A stretch of DNA of 64,000 nt from an uncultured Candidatus Rokubacteria bacterium (GTDB taxonomy: Bacteria > Methylomirabilota > Methylomirabilia > Rokubacteriales > CSP1-6), in contig CAVWFS010000007.1 of assembly GCA_963754315.1 (NCBI GenBank), forward strand, positions 32,001 to 96,000, in the 5' to 3' direction. Shown piece by piece: positions 1 to 8,240 of the stretch. Every line of letters starts with the position of its first letter. Positions within the stretch are counted from its first letter, which is position 1. The notes below the pieces were generated by a model. The model worked only from the letters and a program-made list of their open reading frames with translations. It searched no databases and had not been told where the DNA came from. A program made the position numbers and the translations under genes.

Positions 1-555
1 GCGTGTATTTCTGGGTGGCCGTGGGCGAGGCGAGGACGAGCCCCATGCGGTAGGCGGCCAGCATGTGCATCATGAACGCATACGGGTGCTTGAGGCGGAT
101 CTGGACAGTGTCGGGATCGATCACCTCGACCGAGTGCACGGACTCCAGGAACGTCCGCATGCTGGATCGGGTCGCCGGGTCGATGAGACGCTCGATGGTG
201 AACTTGACGGCGGCAGCGTCGACCCTGGTCCCGTCGTGAAAGAGAACGTTCTTCTTGAGCTTGAACGTGTACAGGAGCCCGTCAGGAGCGATGTGCCACG
301 ATTCGGCGGCGTCGGGCACGAACTTGCCATCGGGGGTGATGCTGATGAGCCCGCAGCCGATGTTCGTGGCGACCCAGACCATTTCATAGCCGGGCACGGT
401 GTGAAAATCGAGGCCGAGGATTTCGTTGCCGTACGCGACGCGCAGGGTGCCGCCGCGCTTCGGTGTCTGGGCTTCCGCAAGAGGTGGCTCGAGGAGCGAC
501 CAGGCGAGGTGAGCAATCCAAGCACGAGCGCGGGCATCAGGCGTCGTCGACTCAT
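1..555 (-). CDS. ABC transporter substrate-binding protein, family 5 (peptide/nickel type); runs off the window edge; apparent 1-nt frameshift in the signal peptide (~508)
   Basis: GGAGGA RBS then MSRRRLMPALVLGLL. The shifted frame continues LAWSLLEPPLAEAQTPKRGGTLRVAY...PDAAESWHIAPDGLLYTFKLKKNVLFHDGTRVDAAAVKFTIERL, the typical SBP_bac_5 signature. Confidence 0.85.
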
Positions 556-665
556 GGCGTCGTCCTCCCATTCATCGGACGGGGCAGACCGAGCGCGCGG
601 TGACTCGCGAAAGATTGGCGGGTACTTTACAGGAGTCCTAGCCTGTCAACAACCGATCCATTCCG

Positions 666-974
666 CTATCGTCCGGGAGCACGGTCAGGATGGCAGGGGT
701 GATCCCCGGTGTGGTAGCAGACGGCGCGGACCTGCCGGGCCGGATCGGCCACACCGAACACCCGGTACTTCCAGCCCCACGACTTGCCGCTGCGCTTGAC
801 CTCGTCCTTCAGACGTACGCGGCATTCGCATTCGTCTTCGTATACGCCGAGCGCACGCACGTGATGAATCCAGGTCCGCGGCTTCCCATCGGGAAGTGGC
901 TCGCTCAGGAGGAACTCTTGGCAGAGCGTCCACGCGAGGAGGGCCACCACCAGGGGGAATCGTCCAGCGATCAT
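666..974 (-). CDS. Hypothetical exported protein with several Cys/His residues
   Basis: 102-aa ORF with hydrophobic N-terminus (FPLVVALLAWTL); fills the gap between recognised genes; no family recognised. Confidence 0.45.
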   Translation of the reverse strand: MIAGRFPLVVALLAWTLCQEFLLSEPLPDGKPRTWIHHVRALGVYEDECECRVRLKDEVKRSGKSWGWKYRVFGVADPARQVRAVCYHTGDHPCHPDRAPGR

Positions 975-1107
975 CGGCCTTGGCCTTCGTCGATGGTATC
1001 ACCGCCCCTGGTCGTGGTATCCATGGGCTTGGCAGACTGGGGCCGGCCACGAGGGCCGCCTCGGGGTAACGACGACAAACAGCCGACAAACTCAGCCAGG
1101 AGTGACG

Positions 1108-1752
1108 ATGGACAGCGGGTCAGCCGGGAGGGGCTTCTGGTCGCTGCAGGGGAGCACAAGGGGCGGTGCGGGTGCTGCGCTGCTGCTCGCGGTTGCGGTG
1201 GCGGTAACCGCTGGCTGTGCGCAGGGTTCCACGGGCACGTCGACGACAGCACCGGCGAGCGCGCCCCCCGGACAGAACGTGCGCACGCCCGATGTGATCT
1301 GGGTGCCGAGCGACGTGGCCGTGGTCATGAAGATGCTCGAGATGGCGCAGGTGAAGCCGGGTGATGTCGTCTACGATCTCGGATCGGGTGACGGTCGCAT
1401 CGTGATCCTCGCCGCCCAGAAGTTCGGTGCGCGTGGAGTCGGGGTGGATCTCAATGGGGAGCTGGTCCAGCAGTCACGCGAGAACGCGGTGAAGGCGGGG
1501 GTTGCCGATCGCGTGACCTTTCTGCAGCAGGACCTGTTCATGACCGATTTGAGCGAGGCGACCGTGGTCACGTTATACCTCTTTCCGGACGTCAATCGTC
1601 GCCTGATGCCGAAGCTGCGGCGCGAGCTTCGCTCGGGCAGTCGTGTCGTCTCCCATGACTATGACCTGGGGGATTGGCCCCCTGAGAAAACGGTTGAAGT
1701 CGCGCTGCCCGACCGGACACACTACGTGTACTTCTGGCGCGTCGAACGCTGA
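1108..1752 (+). CDS. Class I SAM-dependent methyltransferase with lipoprotein-like signal peptide
   Basis: VVYDLGSGDGRIVI SAM-binding motif, GVGVDL, ATVVTLYL, GSRVVSHDY; N-terminal LLLAVAVAVTAG-C lipobox; GGAG before ATG 1108. Confidence 0.85.
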   Translation: MDSGSAGRGFWSLQGSTRGGAGAALLLAVAVAVTAGCAQGSTGTSTTAPASAPPGQNVRTPDVIWVPSDVAVVMKMLEMAQVKPGDVVYDLGSGDGRIVILAAQKFGARGVGVDLNGELVQQSRENAVKAGVADRVTFLQQDLFMTDLSEATVVTLYLFPDVNRRLMPKLRRELRSGSRVVSHDYDLGDWPPEKTVEVALPDRTHYVYFWRVER

Positions 1753-1778
1753 GCCGCGCCGGGGCGGGGGGTCATCGT

Positions 1779-1892
1779 ATGGACGACAAGCGGCTGGGAA
1801 TGCTGCTCAATCTGGGATCGGCAGTGCTCATCATCATGCTGGTGGGGGCCTTCGTCCACGTCATCAACACCGCCCTCCACGTCGCGCACTGA
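1779..1892 (+). CDS. Small (37 aa) single-TM membrane protein
   Basis: Translated by hand: MDDKRLGMLLNLGSAVLIIMLVGAFVHVINTALHVAH*; GC-rich third positions; below the ORF-track cutoff. Confidence 0.55.
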   Translation: MDDKRLGMLLNLGSAVLIIMLVGAFVHVINTALHVAH

Positions 1893-1972
1893 GTGATCGG
1901 CGTGACCAGCGTCGGGGCTGGGCCCGGGGTGACGGGTGCGGTCCCCGCGGTGGTCGCGTTGCATCGGTTTGA

Positions 1973-3188
1973 TTAGAACGATCCACGTGTCCGTCTCCCC
2001 GCGAAGGCGATCCGGAACAGCCCGTAGCTGATCAGGGTTGCGACGGGCGCTGTCCCGAACGGCAGCGCGTACGAGCCGGTGAGGTCGTACAGGAAGCCCG
2101 TCAACGACGGGCCCAGGGCTGCCCCGCATCGCCAGCCGAGCGCCAGCACGCCCATGATGGCGCCAAGGGCGCGCAGGCCAAAGACGTCGGGGATGACACG
2201 CACGAACACGGTGTCCGAGCCCGCGAAGCCGAACCCGTAGACGGCCATGACGAGCGGCAGGAGGGCGGCAGAGGGGGTCACGAGCAGGGCCATCAGGGCC
2301 GCGATCTGGAGCGCGAAGCTCACCTGCATGGTGACCGACGTTCCGAGCCGATCCGACCCTGCGCCGAAGATGAGTCGCCCCGCAGCAGCACCGAGACCGT
2401 AGGCCGTCAGGGCGAGCGCCGCCCTTCCGAGATCAATCCCCTGATCCCGCGCAAACGGGACGATGTGCACCGACAACATGGTCAGGATCAAGCCCAAGAG
2501 CAACCACGACACGTTGAGGTACCACATGCGTGGGTCTCGCAGCGCCTGCCGGAGCGTCATGCTGGAGAGCCCGCTCGGCAAGGCGGAACGGGGTCGACGT
2601 GACGGGTTGCGGCTGGGTGTTGCTGGGTGGGTCGCGCACGAGCAGAGCGGCGAGGATGCCCACCACACTGCAGCCAGCGCCGAGGACAACGTAGGCGGCT
2701 CGCCAGCCTACGTGGGCAATCAGCCAGGCGGCGGCCAGACCTCCGGTGACGAAGCCGAGATTGAAACCTGTCAGCACGATGCCGATGGCCAGGCCGCGGC
2801 GACGGTCGAACCAGCGGGCGACGGTGGATGTGCTCAGCACGTAAAAGGCCGACATGCCAATGCCGCCCATCACCCCGATGACGAGGTAAAACTGCCAAAG
2901 GGCGCGCACCGTCGATGCGAGCGCGACGCCAGTGCCGGCCAACACCACGGTGACCAGGAGGATGGCGCGCGGGCCATAGCGGTCCGCCACCGTCCCCACC
3001 AGGAATCCGGCCAACCCGCCCAGCAGAAAGTTGATGGAGAGGGCGACCGAGATGGCGCCTCGACTCCAGCCAAACTCCTCGGCGAGGACCGGCAGGAAAA
3101 CACCGAAAGCAGCGAACGGATTGGCGACGCCGAAGGTAATCGTGAACAGCGCAGCCACCACCAGCCAGCGCTGCTGGTTGAGGCGCAT
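1973..3188 (-). CDS. MFS transporter (OFA/MCT-like); frameshift in the central loop near 2590
   Basis: N-half (MRLNQQRWLVVAAL...GTVADRYGPR...WFDRRRGLAIG) and C-half (MTLRQALRDPRMW...GAGSDRLG...GFLYDLTGSY) lie in two frames and join into one 12-TM MFS protein. Confidence 0.85.
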
Positions 3189-3241
3189 CCCTCGTCCTAT
3201 ACTCGGTTCGGGAGTGCCAGGAGTGGGCCGGTCCGCACGCG

Positions 3242-3382
3242 CTAGGCGTCGCGGCAGCAGTCCGAGCGATCGAGATCCGGGGGGGGCGGTGTGGGATCGG
3301 ACGGGAACATCGGTCCCCAGGATGCGCAACCACCGCAGACGAGAGTCAGGGCAAACAGCACCGCCACGAACCGGGTGGTCAT
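3242..3382 (-). CDS. Small (46 aa) putative lipoprotein
   Basis: GAGGAG RBS; MTTRFVAVLFALTLVCGG-CASWGP...PPPPDLDRSDCCRDA with lipobox-like Cys. Confidence 0.55.
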   Translation of the reverse strand: MTTRFVAVLFALTLVCGGCASWGPMFPSDPTPPPPDLDRSDCCRDA

Positions 3383-3437
3383 CGGCGCTCCTCGCCAGGC
3401 AGCGTACCATGACGTACGGGGGCCACGGAGGCGTTGC

Positions 3438-3809
3438 ATGGAGCGTGTGTTTGCGGGATTGGGGGCGCTATCGGCGCTGATCGCGGTGGCGCTCGGCGCC
3501 TTTGCCGCCCACGGACTGAAGGCGCGGCTGTCACCGGAGCTTCTCACGGTCTTCGAGACCGCCGCGCGCTATCAGATGTACCACGCCCTCGGACTGCTGG
3601 CGGTGGCATGGGCGTGCGGGCGCTGGCCTGGCCCGGCCGTAATCGTGGCCGGGTGGCTCTTCGTGGTGGGAACGCTCATCTTCTCGGGGAGCCTCTATCT
3701 GCTCAGCGTCAGCGCGCAGCGCTGGTTGGGTGCTGTCACCCCGCTCGGGGGGCTCGCCTTCATCGGAGGGTGGCTCGCGCTGGCCTGGGCCGCCTGGACT
3801 ACGCGCTGA
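3438..3809 (+). CDS. DUF423 (YgdD/TMEM256) membrane protein
   Basis: GAFAAHGL, FETAARYQMYHAL, IFSGSLY, GAVTPLGG motifs; GGAGG RBS. Confidence 0.92.
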   Translation: MERVFAGLGALSALIAVALGAFAAHGLKARLSPELLTVFETAARYQMYHALGLLAVAWACGRWPGPAVIVAGWLFVVGTLIFSGSLYLLSVSAQRWLGAVTPLGGLAFIGGWLALAWAAWTTR

Positions 3810-3936
3810 GGGAAGGGGCGCAGGGCAGGGGGTGTCCCCGGTGTCATCGAGGAAGCGATCGTTCGCCCATTGCACCCAGCGGGATCACGCCAAAAAGGTG
3901 ATAGGGTGGGGAAACGGACAGCGTCTGGAGGCTGCC

Positions 3937-4314
3937 ATGAAGCGGGTCCTGATCGTCGAGGACGAAGCGCCACTCCGCGAGCTGTGGGTGGAAGCCCTGT
4001 GCGAGGGAGGCTATGACGCGGTGGCCGCCGAGAGCGCCGACGATGCCTTTGCTCGGCTCGATGCGTTCAACGCCGATCTTATCGTGCTGGACCTGCTGAT
4101 GCCTCCCATGCAGATGACGGGCCTGGAGCTCTTGGCGCGCCTGCACGAGAACCCCCGCTGGAAAGACATCCCAGTGATCATCACCTCGGCGATCGGGTTG
4201 GCCCTCGATCGTCAGACCGCGTCCCGACTGGGCGCTCGGAAGATCCTGTCCAAACCGCTCAGGTCTGCTGAGCTGCTGCAGGCGATCGGCAGCGTGATCG
4301 ATTCGCCGTCCTGA
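3937..4314 (+). CDS. Single-domain response regulator (CheY-like receiver)
   Basis: VLIVEDE, LIVLDLLMP (phospho-Asp), IPVIITS, SKP; GGAGG RBS. Confidence 0.9.
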   Translation: MKRVLIVEDEAPLRELWVEALCEGGYDAVAAESADDAFARLDAFNADLIVLDLLMPPMQMTGLELLARLHENPRWKDIPVIITSAIGLALDRQTASRLGARKILSKPLRSAELLQAIGSVIDSPS

Positions 4315-4316
4315 GC

Positions 4317-4628
4317 GTGGGATCCTTGACTCGTGTGGCGGCGGCAGCTGACCTCGGAGTGGGAGCAGCGCTGACGGTCACCGCCGAGGGAAGGACGTTG
4401 GCGCTCTTCAACGTGGATGGAGCCTACTATGCCATCGACAATGCCTGTCCGCATCGGGGCGGTCCGCTCAGTGAGGGCGATCTTGACGGGCGGGTGGTGA
4501 CCTGTCCATGGCACGGCTGGGTATGGGATGTGACCAGCGGCGCCAACATGAACAATCCCGCCGTGAGGATCGGCTGCTACCCGGTGATCTTCCAGGAGGG
4601 GGACCTGTTCGTGCGGCTCCCGTCTTGA
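4317..4628 (+). CDS. Rieske [2Fe-2S] ferredoxin
   Basis: CPHRGGPL and CPWHGW Rieske motifs. Confidence 0.92.
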   Translation: MGSLTRVAAAADLGVGAALTVTAEGRTLALFNVDGAYYAIDNACPHRGGPLSEGDLDGRVVTCPWHGWVWDVTSGANMNNPAVRIGCYPVIFQEGDLFVRLPS

Positions 4629-4653
4629 CACCTCTGCCGGCCGTGCCTAGCAT
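4625..4653 (+). promoter_or_regulatory. sigma70-type promoter for the bactofilin-TPR pair (probably leaderless)
   Basis: TTGACA-17nt-TAGCAT, with the GTG start 6 nt after the -10. Confidence 0.65.
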
Positions 4654-4659
4654 GACGAC

Positions 4660-5085
4660 GTGAAAGCCCTCTGGCAGTTCTTCGGGCTCTCCGATCAGAA
4701 TGGTGACGAACAGCTCCTGGAAGAGACGCCGCCGCCGCCGCGTGCCAGCATCATTGGACCTGGCATCTCTATCAAGGGCGAGCTCCGCGGAGACGGCGTC
4801 CTGACGATGCTCGGCCAATTCGAGGGCGAGGTCGTACTCAACGGTGCCGTGCACATCGGTCCCGATGCCCGCGTCGACGCCAACATCACCGCCAGCGACA
4901 TCATCATCGCGGGGGCGGTGCGCGGCAACCTCTCGGCCGAGGGGCGCGTCGAGATCCTCGGGAGCGGATCCCTGACGGGAACCCTGAAGAGTGGAAGTCT
5001 CTCCGCGGGGAATGGCGCCACCGTCAAGGGCGAGGTGTGGGTGGAGCCATCTGCCGCGCCGCGGGAGGCAAGCCCGCGCTCATGA
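4660..5085 (+). CDS. Bactofilin (polymer-forming cytoskeletal protein, CcmA family)
   Basis: SIIGPGISIKGEL...GQFEGEV...IIIAGAVRGNL..EGRVEILGSGSLTGTL beta-helix repeats. Confidence 0.9.
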   Translation: MKALWQFFGLSDQNGDEQLLEETPPPPRASIIGPGISIKGELRGDGVLTMLGQFEGEVVLNGAVHIGPDARVDANITASDIIIAGAVRGNLSAEGRVEILGSGSLTGTLKSGSLSAGNGATVKGEVWVEPSAAPREASPRS

Positions 5086-5717
5086 CGCTGCTGCGCCTCC
5101 CGAGGATCGAGCTGCCGTCCTGGCGCGTCCTGACCGCCATCGGCGTCACCCTGGTCGTGCTGGGGGCCGCCGGACTCGGTGGTTGGTTGTGGTTCTCGGC
5201 GCGCCAGCAGCGAGCGCTGGAATCGTTTGCCGAGGCCATGGTCAAGGTGCAGCGCAGTCAGGCCCAGGGCGCGCCGGCCGAGGCCAAGCTCGGCGCCATC
5301 CGGGAGCTCGAGGCCAGCCTGCAGCAGCAGCCGCCCGCAGCCGCTCTCGCTCAGGCGACCTATGAGCTGGGGAACCTTAAGTACGTGGAAGGGCAGTATC
5401 CGGGATCGCGCACGGCCTACGAGTTGGCTGCGGCGACCAAGTCACCGACTCTCAGCCGGCTCGCCCAGGTCAACGTGGGCTACACGTGGGAAGCTCAGAA
5501 GGACTACGCCAAGGCCATCGAGGCCTTCCAGAAGGCGGTGGCGCCGCTCAAGCCGGGCGATTTCCTGTACGATGAAATTCTCGTCGACTTAGGTCGCGTC
5601 CAAGAGATGGCCGGCCAGAAGGACGCGGCTATCAAGACATATCGTCGGGTCCTCGACAACCCCAAGACCCGACGTTCTGACGACATTCGCGCGCGCCTCG
5701 CCACGCTGGAGAAATAG
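5082..5717 (+). CDS. Membrane-anchored TPR protein (YfgM-like)
   Basis: Single N-terminal TM helix followed by TPR helices (ATYELGNL, AQVNVGYTWE, LVDLGRVQE); ATGA overlap with the bactofilin stop. Confidence 0.8.
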   Translation: MTLLRLPRIELPSWRVLTAIGVTLVVLGAAGLGGWLWFSARQQRALESFAEAMVKVQRSQAQGAPAEAKLGAIRELEASLQQQPPAAALAQATYELGNLKYVEGQYPGSRTAYELAAATKSPTLSRLAQVNVGYTWEAQKDYAKAIEAFQKAVAPLKPGDFLYDEILVDLGRVQEMAGQKDAAIKTYRRVLDNPKTRRSDDIRARLATLEK

Positions 5718-5758
5718 ACGGCCCGGATCAGCTTCCCAGGAGCGCCTATGGCTCGGCA

Positions 5759-5786
5759 GGTTCTGATAAGGGGTATTATGTCAACT
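5759..5786 (+). other. dif-like XerC/XerD recombination site
   Basis: GGTTCTGATAA-GGGGTA-TTATGTCAACT: 11-6-11 layout matching the dif pattern (E. coli GGTGCGCATAA-TGTATA-TTATGTTAAAT); intergenic between convergent genes. Confidence 0.85.
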
Positions 5787-5791
5787 TTGAG

Positions 5792-6610
5792 TTAGCCTGG
5801 GATGTGGGCTTCCTCGGGCAAGTGCTCCCAGGTCGGGTGCCACGGGGGAACAGTCAGACCGAACTTCTCGCACAGCGTGGCCACCTCGGCCGCGAAGGCC
5901 TGGCGGACCTCGTCGTTGTCTCGGAGCTTGAGGCGGTAACGACGGTAGATCTCGTTCTTCTTTGACCCCGGGCGGCCGAAGATGTTCATGGTTCGGATGT
6001 ACCACTTCTCGAACGTCGCCTGCGCCTCGTCATGGGTGCGGAGGTCGCCGGCCAGACGCTGGACCCAGTGCTCGCCGTGGCGGATGTGGAACTTCTCCTC
6101 CTTGAAGATCCCCTCGATGGCGCGCGTCCACGGGCCATAGGAGCCGCGACGCACATCCTCGAGTTGGTGGCCGGCTCCGCGATCCATGCAGAAGTTGAAG
6201 AAGACGAAGTCGGCCCACGTTTCGATCGGATAGTAGAAGATGTTCACCCGCTTGTCGGCGGTAATACGGGCGGTGCCGATGTCGGCGGCAGCGTCGATGC
6301 GCATGGTGAACGTCTCGTCGTGCTGCTGAACGTGTGCCTGCACGTCCACGCCGAGATCAGCCAGGAGACCGTACATGACGGCGGCGTGACGCAGCTCGTC
6401 CTTGACGATCTGGGCCACCACGTGCTTCTCGTCGACCCCGGGGGCCCGCGTGATCCACGGAACGTAGCCGTAACCTCCCGCTAGCTCGGAGTCAGCCTGC
6501 ATCGTCATGAGGTGAACGAGGTTGTCGCGGTAGTCCAGGGTCATCTCGGCTGCCGACTCCAGTCGCCCGCCGCCGCCGATGGTTGTCATCATCGCCTGCT
6601 CGGTGCTCAT
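5792..6610 (-). CDS. paaA: PaaA-like diiron protein (1,2-phenylacetyl-CoA epoxidase large-subunit family)
   Basis: ADSE, WITRAP, KDELRH, NIFYYP..TWAD, SYGPW, KEEKFH diiron ligand motifs; adjacent to paaK. Confidence 0.75.
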   Translation of the reverse strand: MSTEQAMMTTIGGGGRLESAAEMTLDYRDNLVHLMTMQADSELAGGYGYVPWITRAPGVDEKHVVAQIVKDELRHAAVMYGLLADLGVDVQAHVQQHDETFTMRIDAAADIGTARITADKRVNIFYYPIETWADFVFFNFCMDRGAGHQLEDVRRGSYGPWTRAIEGIFKEEKFHIRHGEHWVQRLAGDLRTHDEAQATFEKWYIRTMNIFGRPGSKKNEIYRRYRLKLRDNDEVRQAFAAEVATLCEKFGLTVPPWHPTWEHLPEEAHIPG

Positions 6611-6612
6611 GC

Positions 6613-7920
6613 CTACCTCCCTTTGATCTCGATGACCCGGACTGCCTTTCCCTCCGATCGGGGCACGGTGCGGGGCGGCACCAAGGTCACCTGGACGCTC
6701 AGCCCGATGGCCTCCCGCACGCGTTCGGTCACCTGCTGCCGCAGCCCCTCGACCACGGGGTTCCGCTGGTCCAGCGGGCCCGGACCGACCCGGGCCAGGA
6801 GGGCCGCCGAGGGTTCGACCCGTACCTCAAGAGTGGCCAGAGTCGGCGTGCGGTCCACCACGAGTTGATAGTGCGGCTCCAAGTCCGCCACCGCAAGCAG
6901 AGCGGTCTCGAGCTCGGACGGATAGACGTTGACCCCCTTGATGATCAGCATGTCATCGTTCCGGCCCTTGACCCGGGCCATCCGCACGCTCGTGCGGCCG
7001 CAGCGACAGGGTTCGGGATTGAGGCTGGTGATGTCCCCGGTACGGTACCGCACGAGGGGCATCGCTTGCTTGGTCATGGTCGTGATGACCAGCTCGCCCT
7101 CGCGCCCCGGCGGCAGGGACTCCCCGGTCACGGGGTCCACGACCTCGGGCAGGAAGTGATCGTCGGCGATGTGCAGCCCGTCGCGGGCCTCGCACTCGCC
7201 GGAGACACCGGGGCCGATGATTTCGGAGAGACCGTAGATATCGTAAGCCGGAAAGCCCCAGGCCCGCTCGAGGGCGGCCCGCATGCCTTCCGTCCACGGT
7301 TCGGCGCCGAACATGCCGTAGCGGAGCCCGAGACGCTCGGGGTGGCCGTCGTGCTCACGCAGGCTCTCAGCGATGTACAGGGCGAAGGATGGGGTGGCCG
7401 CGATTCCCGCCGGGCGGAAATCCTGCAGGAGGAGGTGCTGGCGGACCGTGTTACCAGATGACACGGGAACGACGGTCAGACCCAGCCGCTCGGCCCCATC
7501 GTGGAATCCCAGACCTCCGGTGAAGAGGCCATATCCGAAGGCCACGTGCAGGAGGTCGCCGGGGCGTGCGCCGGCGGCCACCATGGCCCGCGCCATGACT
7601 TCTCGCCATAGGTCGAGGTCGGACCGGGTGTAGCCAACCACCGTCGGCTTCCCTCGGGTGCCTGAGGAGGCATGCAGGCGGGTCACCTCGCCGAGCGGAA
7701 CCGCGAAGAGCCCGAACGGATACTGCTCTCGGAGATCAGCCTTGTGGGTGAACGGCAGATGCGCAAGATCCGCGAGCGCCTGGACGGGCCGATCCGAAAG
7801 CCGAGCCTGGTAAAACGTAACCCGGGAGCGCACCCACGCCAGCATGGCACGCAGCCGTTCGAGCTGGAGCGTGCGCCGCCGCGTGTCAGGCAGCGTCTCG
7901 ACTTCCTGATTCCAGATCAC
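6613..7920 (-). CDS. paaK: Phenylacetate-CoA ligase family protein
   Basis: HASSGTRGKPTVVGYT, GYGLFTGGLG, FGAEPW, DIYGLSEIIGPG, RYRTGDIT, GRNDDMLIIKGVNVYPS; GTG start overlaps the upstream stop. Confidence 0.93.
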   Translation of the reverse strand: MIWNQEVETLPDTRRRTLQLERLRAMLAWVRSRVTFYQARLSDRPVQALADLAHLPFTHKADLREQYPFGLFAVPLGEVTRLHASSGTRGKPTVVGYTRSDLDLWREVMARAMVAAGARPGDLLHVAFGYGLFTGGLGFHDGAERLGLTVVPVSSGNTVRQHLLLQDFRPAGIAATPSFALYIAESLREHDGHPERLGLRYGMFGAEPWTEGMRAALERAWGFPAYDIYGLSEIIGPGVSGECEARDGLHIADDHFLPEVVDPVTGESLPPGREGELVITTMTKQAMPLVRYRTGDITSLNPEPCRCGRTSVRMARVKGRNDDMLIIKGVNVYPSELETALLAVADLEPHYQLVVDRTPTLATLEVRVEPSAALLARVGPGPLDQRNPVVEGLRQQVTERVREAIGLSVQVTLVPPRTVPRSEGKAVRVIEIKGR

Positions 7921-8240
7921 AGCGCGGTGCCGAACAGCTGAGCCAACGGCGGCGGCTCCGGATATTGCTGATCGACGACGGCGTGGCGGCGCAGACCGAG
8001 CGCCTCGCGCTGGATCACCAGCCTCAAACGCGCCTGCAGAGCGCGGGCTCGCGCGTGCTGGTAGGCCTCGGCGTGATTGGCGCGCTCGTCCGGGTCCAGG
8101 GCTGAGCGCAATCGGATAGCGCACGCGGCAACCTCGTGCAAAGCGGCTTCCAGCTGTTCCCCGGCCCGACCAAGGGCGGCCGCCTTCTCCGCGGCGATCT
8201 CCGCCTGGATCCGACGGTGGGTCTCATCCCGACTCCTCAT
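7917..8240 (-). CDS. Conserved hypothetical helical protein (resembles DUF6665)
   Basis: EKAAALGRAG...LVIQREALGLR pattern; 4-nt overlaps with both neighbours. Confidence 0.65.
   Translation of the reverse strand: MRSRDETHRRIQAEIAAEKAAALGRAGEQLEAALHEVAACAIRLRSALDPDERANHAEAYQHARARALQARLRLVIQREALGLRRHAVVDQQYPEPPPLAQLFGTAL

Noticed and set aside
1893..1976. Second micro-ORF (MIGVTSVGAGPG...)
   Set aside because: No RBS, low complexity, and it overlaps the MFS stop; nothing supports it.
5792..6610. MiaE-like tRNA hydroxylase because of linkage to miaB
   Set aside because: The motifs (WITRAP, IFYYP, SYGPW, KEEKFH) are PaaA-type and the gene abuts paaK.
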